This document shows positions 1 through 11,001 of a stretch of 64,000 nt of DNA, piece after piece. Location: positions 212,161 to 276,160 of the forward strand of contig NMRA01000050.1 in assembly GCA_002633005.1 (NCBI GenBank). The letters are read 5' to 3'. The notes under the pieces were generated by a model, which did no database searches, was not told where the DNA came from, and worked only from the letters and a program-made list of their open reading frames with translations. Each line of letters begins with the position of its first letter. Positions within the stretch are counted from its first letter, which is position 1. This DNA is from Phoronis australis (taxonomy: Eukaryota; Animalia; Phoronida). The position numbers and the translations under genes are program-made.

Positions 1-1419
1 TTACGAATGCGTTATGTTCACGTATTACACTCGTTCCATTCTATGTGTTCAATACTTATTGTTTCATGTATGATTGAGCCTGCTGAGTGACGTGGAAAAT
101 ATTGTCATTACCGAGCCACAATTTTCATCTGACATCGACAAAACCATTCTTATAGTTAGTCCGGTTCTTGTTGAAGTCAACGATTCTGTTGAATCTTCTC
201 TGGATAACCTTGCAACAATCTTCACAGATGACAGCGAAGGTTTTGCAACTGTCATGCGGTCTTATGCCCAGAAGGCCAGTATAATGTACATATATGCCTA
301 GAAGTTGTGAATTTCAGTACTATCCGCATTAAACATGTGTCGTTCAATCTTTCTCAATGTGTAATTAGCCAGCGTCACACATATTCACGCAATTTTAATC
401 TAACGCTCTAAACCACATTTTTAGTATTTTGAACAAATTATCTGCACAAAAACGAATTCGGGATGTGTGTAGTCATCTCTCACTGCCTGTATTTTTTCAA
501 AAATCCGATTTTTTTAAATATCTTCACCTCGTGTTTTATTTTTTCGTTACAAAAAGCTGTGTAGGAATTTCCTCCAGGGCATCTAACCATAGGACGGCGC
601 TGTTGTGTTTTTTTGTCACAAGCAACAATACACGGAGATGCCGACTGTGAGAATACATACCATAAAATAAAACAGAATAGCGTAAAAAGCGGAACATCTT
701 TATTAAACTCTGTGAAAATATATTAAGATATTCCCCACATTTCGATCAGTAAGCTCTTTGTCAAGAGTAGGGCCTACTATACAGAATTTAGTATAGACAG
801 TGTACAAGGTAGTACAGTCGACCACATGCTGACAAACAATACATGTAGGTACTTAGAAAAATGATGGTCATTACATCTAACGGTAGGGAAGCCGCCAAAA
901 GTTCAGGGAGTGAAACGCCTTTTGTACGCCAAACTGCTTGTAAAATCAACGCTCCGGCGAACGGCGCTGCCATCAGGGGTGGTTACCATCATAGACTATT
1001 TTCCTAGTCTTTCCTTCACTCAACTTGCTACAACCTTGTTATTGGCTTTCTTACAATCCCCTGTGATTCACTCTGACTCTGAATCCGCCTATATACCAAG
1101 AACCCTGACGAGTATACAACGTTTCAACAAATTTGGAAGGCAAGGTGACAATCTGTGTTCATGTTCACAGCGCTAATTGTCGCATTCGACACATATTGTC
1201 ACCAGGTGCGCCCTCTTTTGTAGTGGAATAAAAACAATAAAACAAGTGTTATTTTCTAATGTCGACAAACTTTGTTTGTGATGACAATAAAAGGGAAGCT
1301 TAGGTTTGTCACGAGAAGCAAGCATTACGTGCCACTGGATATCGTGATTGGATGTTAGATGTGTGTGACAAGGAATGACCACGTCAGAGTGCCAGAGTCT
1401 CTTGATCCTCCGATTATCA

Positions 1420-2290
1420 ACTTCTCGGTGTGTATTCCTTATATCAGATCCGTCTCTGAAAGAATTCAGACTATTAACCGCGAGCACAAATTCAAGTCGT
1501 TTCACAAGCCGTTGAACACTAATTGGTACGCCCTTCATCAGTGAAAAATATGTTGCCCACCTTCGGGGTGTGGTTTGCGAATATGGGTGAGGTGAGTGTG
1601 CTGACGAGTATGAGTATATTGGTGAGGCGGGTCATCAGTTCAATAGGTTTATTTGTATTAAAGGCCTCTGGCCCAAAGTACAATAAACAAAAAATAAACA
1701 GGCACATTTGCACACACAGTCAACCCATTTAAGAGTTGTTCTCGTCTTTAAAGGGCAGAATACACATATTTAACAACAAATATATTTGGTTTAGCTAGCA
1801 GGCGTATACAGGATTCTTGAGTTGGATGATTCCATTGAACTTCCTTCATAGAACGTGGCCTAAGTTTACAATATCACTTGCAAATCAACAGGAAGTGGTA
1901 TTCATCGTCTACAAGACCATCATTACAAATCAAACAAAATCGATTATAACATTCCACTTTCTCGTGTCTACCCACTTCCACTTGCAGTCTATGGTTGGAG
2001 CAACGTAACGGCGAGTAAACGCTTGAATAACACAACACTATTATGTAGCAGTTGTCGACCAGGGTTCAAGAGATCATCGGTAGCATGCCGGAAATTTGCA
2101 TTGCCGGGTATTTGATGTGGACTTCGGTGTATTAGGTTTGCATCCAGATAGATGTAAGCGTACGGTACGGAAGGTTATTGAGATTCGGGTCCAAAGACTA
2201 CGTTTGAACAGAGATCCTGGACTTGACCTCCCTGCGGTGTGCTCAAACCTGGTGCGAGATTCCCCACCCCCCCGACACTAAGGAAACCCC
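1420..2290 (+). mobile_element. Degenerate Penelope-like retroelement 3' remnant (post-RT linker plus GIY-YIG endonuclease end)
   Basis: ORF 1359-1544 has VCIPYIRSVSERIQTINREHKFKSFHKPLNT, resembling the PLE IPYxxGxSExIxRIL...FKPxNT linker. ORF 2096-2281 ends KRTVRKVIEIRVQRLRLNRDPGLDLPAV, resembling the PLE GIY-YIG C-terminus (KEAIxI...LNRDxG). Frames are broken between the two. Confidence 0.7.
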
Positions 2291-3183
2291 TTGGTGATTT
2301 TATTGTTTTTATTCCTCAAGGAAAGAGGGCGCACCTGGTGGTGAACCACGTCCGTAGATGAAATGGCTGTACACCAGCAAGGCCTCAACTAAGGTATATG
2401 TCGCCGCAGTTTGGTCACATTTACTTTTCATGTTTCGAATCTAGTTTTCCGATAAAAATATACCCTTTCGTCAGACAACTATTTGGTGCACTGACGTGTT
2501 CTCTAATGTATTTTTCTACGTCTCTGTGTATAATTATCGACACATTTTTAAGATTTAATATCCAAGCTGGACTCGAAAGACCGGCCATTTAACTCACGCA
2601 ATGTGAACTTCCGCTTTGTTTATCGCAGTGAGCCTCGCCTTGGGTTTTAATGACCGCCGCGTGAGAGGAGTCTCTGCCAAGATTAAAGTGTGCTGCTATT
2701 GATCATATTGTGATCCAAACAACAGTTTACACGGTCGTCAACATTGATGCTTTGATTGTGTCTGCTCCTTATATAAAATCGACATGCCAATCATTTTCCT
2801 TGAAGGGGTTGCGGATTAATTTAACTAAAAAGGTTAGATAGTTATGCACACGACTTACAAGCAACTAGAAAAACATTTCACACGTCATGTATAAAACAGA
2901 GTTTAGTTTAACTTTTATTAATGCATAGCATAAGCCCCTTCTTTTATATTCATATTTAATGTGTACGCTGGTCTTTATCTCCCTCATTTAGTCGTGAAAT
3001 CATGTCACACTCTATCAAACAAAACCAGCCCTTCTTTAAACAAATCGCAATGTATTGTGGGCCGATAAAGTTTGTTTTAAATTACTAAACATTTCTGACA
3101 AGTCATCATTCAAAATGGTCTCCCAAGAGAAAGTAAACACTAGTTGACGATCTTCAGCAAAGTTTCAGAATACGAAGATGGGC

Positions 3184-3280
3184 ACCTATACCACAATATG
3201 GGTACTGTACCTACACCACAATATGGGTACTGTACCTACATGTATACCACAATATGGGTACTGTACCTATACCACAATAT
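3184..3280. repeat. Minisatellite, ~25-bp unit x ~4
   Basis: Repeated (a)taccacaatatgggtactgtacct units read directly. Confidence 0.9.
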
Positions 3281-4707
3281 CCTCCTGATTTCTACACAAT
3301 TATCACCAATATTTCTTAAGATCTTCAGATGTTTTGGGCCAAAATATTCATGGTGCTCTAACTGAAAAATAATGAATCAAAAGTTTTCAAATAGACATTT
3401 TAAGCATATCTTACCATGTACACCAAGTTTTTTAATGTCTGAGTCAGTGACTTTAGAGTCGGCCTGTTGATGCTCTCGCAGAAGGACATGTTGTTCGGGA
3501 GGTCATCAAACGACTTTGACTTTGAATAGCCATACAAGTAACCAAACTAAATCGAGCATCTTGACTTACATATGAATCAAGAAACAATCTCTTTGTGCGA
3601 TGTGCCTCATGTAATTAGTGCTAATTAATATCTAATCATCCTTACAAATTAAGATTAACAATGTCAATATTGTTTGCCCTATACCAGGATCGAAAGAACA
3701 CCTCAAGATGATCTTATGGCGACTTTTATTAATTAAAATTAATCACACGCTTGCCCTACCTAATATGACGCTTAGACTTTGGACTAGAATTTTAATTTAT
3801 GTCGAAGCGTGCAATTAAAATGATGAAGAAAATGATAACTATCGCGGATACCACGTCAAATTTGGAATATAACGTGATAACTCTGCTTAAATAATTGGAG
3901 TTTCAATGAACAAGAAGGGGAAATAACCAGTTAACTCAACCAAGACATCATCATACACGCGGAGAATAAGTTGTCGTGAGAAGCGAATAGCATGTTTCCT
4001 CTAGTGGCGTACAAACTTCCATAGAGTTTCCTAGGTGCAACTGAGCTACATGTATGGATCTGCAAAGCGAAAAGTGGAGCCATTGCTTGTTCTTGTGTAT
4101 ACGAAAAGGTTAGTAAGAAATAAAAAGACTGAACAGGTACTGAACTAAGTCATACTTATTTCTTAGTTGTACAAAAGTATTCCTCTACCCCATATACAAA
4201 CTCATACAATACATTACAAAAATACGTATCCTCATAGCCCCTTCTTTTATTAGCTGCTAAAAAATACTAGATTTAAATAAGCACACTTCAGCAGGACATT
4301 TTAATTTTTTTCACAGTTCATGCTTACTATCTTGTTGTTCCTTATCGTGATAAGTGAACACTCAAAAAATAACATTCGACTAACACAAATATTTTTTGTG
4401 CGAAACTTGTGGATTCCGTTTCTTTTTTATTAGCTGCAGATGGATGTGTGCCATTTATATACAGGGCCTTTAAGCCTAAGAATTTGGCTTTCAAAAACCA
4501 TAAACACTTCCATTTTCACGGGAATGTTGACGTCTTCATTTATGACACCACACGTCTCGTACTTTAAGGAGAAGACAGGTTTTTTCGTGTCATTTTACTA
4601 AAATTGCGGTTCGTTGATTATCCAAAACATATTTTTGAGTTAAAAACGGCTTCCCATAATTTTATTAATTAGTGAAGCCTTACTCCGGAAGTCACGTTTA
4701 GGGGATT

Positions 4708-5286
4708 ATGAATTTCTCTCCATTTTGTTTTCATATAATCCGTCTGTGTGAGCTGTCGAGTAAGTCATTGTTTTACCTCGGTTGTGATAAGTTCGGTCGT
4801 CGTTTGCGTTTATTTATGACCCAGTCAACATGCCGCACACTTGCTGCACACCGGGGTGTACTCATTATTGTCTCAATTGCACTTTGGGTGTATCATAACA
4901 TCGCTTCCCGAAATATGACACATGACTACACCGTACTTAGCTCGTTCATAGAACGCAGCGTTACCCGTCCAGCAAGGTACAAAGCACTGGAAATTTACCG
5001 AGTGTGTGGCAGGCATTTTCTACCGAAGGATTATAAAAGAGATTTACATGCCTACGCGGAAATTGATAAAGGTTTCTGCAAAACAACTCTGTTGATTCCC
5101 GCCAGTGCCCTGTCACCACCCCCGAGAAGAGCATTTTTCAAGCGAGAAGCCTCACGAGCTGTGGTGACTGGAGGGCCTTCATATACTGTCACCAGTGCCT
5201 CCGAACGTACCCCCCAGAGCGTGCAATTCCGGAAACTAGCACTGATTCGCCCTGCGCTGGTGTTGCCTCCAGACCAGAGCCTGTAA
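4708..5286 (+). pseudogene. THAP-domain remnant of a transposase N-terminus
   Basis: YRVCGRHFLPKDYKRDL matches the THAP C-terminal VCxxHF motif. It lies inside the TIR element and no DDE domain is retained. Confidence 0.6.
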
Positions 5287-5597
5287 GCAGCCCTGCAGCG
5301 ATGTTGTGTGGTGGGAGTGATTACATACCCAGTTCGTCATCCAGTGAACAAGCCAGTGAGCCAAACTTTTGATTAAAATAAGTTTATTGTGGACTTGACT
5401 AAAGTATTGGAGCTAGTTAGAAGGTACCATATGTATAACGAGAAAGTCACACGGCAGGATGTAAGTGGTTTGGGTGCTCGGGTCACAAACCAGTGGGAAC
5501 AGCATATAGGTATTCCAGTTAGATCGGCATAACAATGCGCACCGTGTATTTGACGGACCAAGACGTCCCACCACGTCTGTCCTCCGTCTCTGCCCCA

Positions 5598-5750
5598 TGC
5601 CTGTGCGTATTCTGCCTCAGTATACTCGGGATCAAACATGTATCCACCTACTGACTGTTCGTGAAAAAATTCCTCGTCATCACTGCAATGAACAATGTTT
5701 CCGTCTCTCATGTCACTGTGTCTGTGATATGAGTCGTCAACCCCAGCCAT
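5598..5750 (-). pseudogene. N-terminus of the second (accessory) gene of the Kolobok-like element
   Basis: MAGVDDSYH...SDDEEFFHEQSVGGYMFDPEYTEAEYAQA; a close homolog (MAGVGYPYH...[17 protein letters not shown]) sits at 35284-35447 next to the same TIR. Confidence 0.5.
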
Positions 5751-6436
5751 TTTCAGGCTACTACAAACTAAACGATGACCCTAAATTCAACGTAATTAAG
5801 CTATGTAACAACCTAGCTTGTCATAGAATATTCGTCGATGGTAAGTGGTCATGACAATTTTAGGAAACCAGCACGAAAACTACAGTACAAGAGATCCTCA
5901 CAGTAAACTCAACACCAAAAGAACATGGCGGGAAATTCTTAACCCCGTAAACGTCATTTCCGGAGTAGGGCACGAATAATTAATAAAATAACGAGAAGTC
6001 GTAATTAACTGAAACATATGTCTGGGATAATCAAGGAGCTGTATTTTTACTAAAATTGACATGGAAACTGAGGTTGCCGTCGCCTTTGAAGATCTTGTAG
6101 GTAAATTACAAGCGGCAGCTTTTGTAGGAAACAGTTTACAAATTGCATGACAAAAAGATCATATTTATGGAAATTACGGAGAGCTCTGTGAAAAAACTCA
6201 AAACATAATATCAAACATCTAGATTTTATGCCAAATAAAGAGGCTGAGTCACTAAGTAAAATGGTGTAATCTGGTTTCGTAATCACAGGTACATAGCCAG
6301 AGAACTTGTCGGTCAATTCGACAATGTCACTGATAACAGCGAGAGCAGTAGGCCTATACCTCTTGATTAAATGTTATCAGGTACACTCTTTCGCAGTGCT
6401 ACGAAATTATCAGAAAGCTTACATCACGCTGTCAGA

Positions 6437-9400
6437 ATGGTAGTGCGAGATTTTTTGGGGCTTGCGACAAGTATTCCGCCCTGGACTGTTTTCCTTGCGA
6501 TCGTCATCGTGATGATCTGTATGTAAGTATAATGCTCACCAACATATCAGATTAACGCTGTATAGTGTTGAGTAGCCTCGAGTTTTATTCACTGAGGTCA
6601 GTGAAATGTGCCGTTCTCGTGCAGGCCTCGGTGTTCGATCATCGGCGGCTTTGGCCTAGGATTCACTTTGGCCTCGGATTCACTGGACTGGCTTTGTTGC
6701 TATAGCTTACACCTGATAACTGTTACGGAGAACTGTGGTTCCTCCGAAATAGTTCCTTGTGTCGAAGAATTATTATGTAGTTTGACATGAATGAATGACC
6801 TGCTTTCACGGCACAGATATACACTGTCGTCAAGCGCAGTATCGTAAAATTACACACGATGTTACACGAATTAAGGGGAGTCGTGTCTGACAGAGGCGTT
6901 CAGGTGCGCGTGCACTGCTACATTGGCGTTCTTGTTTTCGTGTCATCTACAAAGTAATTGTATTCAGGTCACTTATTCCATTCAAAATATCAACACAGGA
7001 ATATTTTGTTGCATCGAATGCACAAACAGGCGCAGGCTCACTTTAAACGCGCCAGTGGTACAGAAATTTAATCACTAGCTTGCGAGATATTTTCTGTCAT
7101 TCGACTTCCGTTTTCTAGCAATTTCATCGTACGTACGTCACGGCAGCTCAGCTAACTAATCCATTCGGCTAAACGGCACCATTCCATTTCCATGGTGATC
7201 CTAAATCTTTTTATTTTCAGCTACGTAAATATGGTTTACGTGAACAACTTCTCTCGTCGCCACGGACAAGCTGGACCACTGCCTTTTCCCCTCCTGGGAC
7301 ATTTTCCGTATATTGTGAAAAATGCAAGTATTCTCTTTTTCAAAGTAGATCTAGATGTAGAAATGCCTTGAATACGTAAACCGTTATTGTCGTTAATGAC
7401 AATTGACCAGATTAAGTTAATTTAAGGGACGAATAAAAAAGAACAGAAATGGCCTGCTTACGACTATTACCAGAATATGAACAATATGTTATCATGTCAT
7501 TGCATGCATGTACGAGAATCCTCTGATGATAAAAGCACGAATGTAAGTTCAAGCAAAAGTATTTATACTGAATAACAAAATAACGAACGTAGGTTTATTC
7601 GTTGCTCCTAAGGTAACTAAAGTGTTTTAAAAAGAGACGAATTATGAGAATTACATACACAGTAATTATATGCAATGCTACTTGTGTGTAATGTACCGTA
7701 TTCTATACACACTGTACATGGCGATCAACAAAACTTCAGCTTGAGGTAAGTTCTTAGGTGATTAATTTATTGTGCAAGAATCAGCTGCAGTGCATGTTTT
7801 ATGTTTGTAAGCTCCCCTTGCACTTGATACAAAAATCAAAGTACTCATGCCAACTTTTCCTGTATTCAAGGGAATGATACAGTGTCACATGATGTGGGTG
7901 AAGAAGTACGGCAAAGTGGTGGGGTGAGTCACCTAGTGTCCTTGTCCATTTGGTAAATTCACTTACGTCTGTCTAAGTCAAACGGGATAGACTACATGAC
8001 GATCAATGACTACTTATCTTAATTATCAACCTACATGGCAGGTCACGAGATTTTGCCTCCCCAGCCAGTAATCAGGACTACCAGTATTCAAGTTTTGTAA
8101 ACTGAATTCCTGTTTTAGTAGAAACAGCAGCTCTTGTATAAGAGAAAAGTAATCAACACCCCCACCCCTTGAGATGCTACAATGCAGTCACTTGCTGTGT
8201 TAATAGACATAATTCAGGAAGTCACAAATGGAATTATAGTTTGCTACAGGTGAATGTTTTCCTAGTGTTATTAATTTATAAGCTCTACTGTCGTTGAGAA
8301 TAATCATTTTATCGTCTAAGTCGTGTCCGCACTACGATTAATCCTAAAGCAACGTACGCCATTTTAACACGCCCTCGTTACAGCCGAGCGTCCACACTTT
8401 TACACGTTCTCTATAGGCAAACATGGTATGAAAATGACTAGACAACCCTGTCAGTGTAACTGAATAAGTACACGTACACAGCTAATAGTTATTTTTGCAT
8501 TGTCTGCAGGCTTGCATCCACACTACGACTTGCGCAGGGGCTAGTTACCCTAGAACAAGTAAGTTGTCACACGGCGTGTGACAAATTAATCTAATGATAG
8601 GCGCTACCACAATACTGCTATACCTAGCTTTACAGCTCGCCCCCGGAGTAACTTGCTCGGACGCAACTCATACGTCGTAGTGTCCGGTCCTTTAAACGAA
8701 CTCGACAAGTGCAGGTTTACCACAGTCCCAGTAACGAGCACTCCATGTCTGGCGATGGGACTGTTATATTTATTGTTGCCATTTGTTATTGTCGCCATTC
8801 ATAATTGCTATTAATTGCACGCAGCTAGATTTAAGTGTATTTCGCGCGCTATTACACTTTGTTTTCCAGCCTTTCTTACGGGACTACGAGATCAATGATT
8901 GTGGCAGATCCAGAATTACTTCGGGAAATTATGACGAAGCAGTCACACCACTTCGTTAACAGAGAGGTACGACGGAACTACTCCAAGCATTAAAAGTCGC
9001 CAGGTTTCGATGCAGGCAACAAATTTTGGTGTGCGCTTCGTACGTGCTCACCTGGCTTCAGACTTTGATTCAGGTGTGTCCAGACAGTGAAAAGAAGCAG
9101 CAACCGTAAATTATTTGTTATCTAAGCCAGACCACCCTCCCGCTAGGACATCGCTAACAAGCAAGACTTCGTGTATTTTAAATGAGAACACACGTGATTC
9201 TGACTAGATTTTAGCTAGGTCTTAGCGTAGGTCCTAGCGCTACTGAACACACGCCAGGACTCCTGATAGGCGAATAATGCATAAATTTTGTCAATTTGTG
9301 TTTCAGGCTATGCTTACTGGAACAGTTCTGGATCATCATTTAATGAACCTTAAAGATGAACGTTGGAAAAACGTCCGCAGTATTATGAGTCCGACGTTTA

Positions 9401-10931
9401 CATCCGGGAAGTTAAGACTGGTAATAATATTAATTGCAAAAATAGTAGTGCGAAGTATTAGCCCAGAAAACGATTCTTTATATCTCTTCGGCTACATAAG
9501 CAAACGTGGAATTTGTAAATATTTATTGATGATTCGGCTTCACGAGCACGTGATACATACTAAGCAGTGAGAATAGTCCTACACGAGCCCTTTATATGTT
9601 CATGAAAGTTATCTTGAGTGACATTATCGGCGAGAAAAGCAATAAACCATTCTCAGCACGGATTCGAACCCGCAGCCTTGGAGGGCGTAGTCAGATCCCT
9701 TGTAATGCAGGTTCAATTCATTGGTCTAACACCGTCTCCATACACCTTCCTGCTACAATGTCGGAACGTTTCCACTGCTACGCGGTGGTAGGTGCTTATG
9801 CCTTACAAAACACACTTTTTGAAATATCAGTGGACGATCAAGGACATAATGTTTCATGTATTTCGTACTGCGAAGAAGCATCCACGATAAATACACGAAA
9901 CGTACCAAAAGTGGTGTAAATGAAATGAAATACCCAGAGACGTAATTCCGCGGGAAACTGTCGCGTGAGATACTATTTCATCTACGCCAATCGAGATACG
10001 TTTTGTATTTATAAACTATTTTGGGAAAGTTTGAAGTGATGGAGCCGGCTAGCGACGTGGAGTTGACATTCACTTACTTTCTGTACTTTCCATGTCCTAG
10101 TATTCAGCGCACTGTAGTCCCGGGAGTGCAAAACGGAACTTACATTATCACATGACCGTATTGCACGCATCTTATTCAACACGTACGAGATAAAGCCAGT
10201 GACTGCGGTTGATTAAGTAGCTGAAATTCGACCCTAGCCCGTGTCAAAAATCTACAATAAATCAGTCAACTTAAACAAATGAAACAATGGGAGGGACTGA
10301 CCGTGGGACTTGTTCTTTTTCTTCTTTTAAGTCAATGAACCATTATGTAAAAATTGAATTTCTGTCCACCAAATCTGAGTTGGGATCAATCGGAATTCAC
10401 TTCCATGCTCTCATTATACTAGAGAGCGCCAATGTGAAAATTCCTTATTGGCGGTTTGCAAAAAGATAGAGGAAGCAGTGTGGCCTGGTTGATCAGTGCC
10501 CGCCTTCTTTACTCGAGGTCGTGGGTTCAAGTCCCACCATATCACACTGCTAAGCCCTTGAGCCAGGTTTCTAGCTCCTCAGCTCGGTTTTAACCGTACA
10601 GGTATATTAATAAAGCATAAAAATATTTTCAGGTGATCAGTGCACATGCGAGGCCTGCGCACGTCTGGTAGAACGTGTATCAGACCGCCTGCAATTATAT
10701 TTATTATTTGCAAAAAGATAACAAAACATAATTGATTTTCATGTTTTCAAGCTCTGGTCGAAGGAAATAGCTCAGTGAAGAAGTCTATCCGATACCAAAA
10801 TAATCCCAAAATGCGTTTTGATCGTGAAACCTATAATGTCCATTTTAAAGGAGTTCATAACACAAACAAGAACGTGTCGCAAACCAATAAAACAGTTGAA
10901 TCATCCATAGTGTGAGTAGTCAGAATATATA

Positions 10932-11001
<70 letters not shown>

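Larger units (their letters stand above)
4567..6085. mobile_element. Non-autonomous Kolobok-like DNA transposon
   Basis: ~140-bp imperfect terminal inverted repeats (4567-4705 vs 5943-6085, shared core tactccggaa.t.acgttta). AGG...CCT termini with TTAA-like flanks (TTTA/TTGA). Two convergent internal ORF remnants, one THAP-like. Confidence 0.7.

Noticed and set aside
64-1176. Short ORFs at the window start as possible exons of an upstream gene
   Set aside because: No P450 or other recognisable motif and no consistent splice pattern
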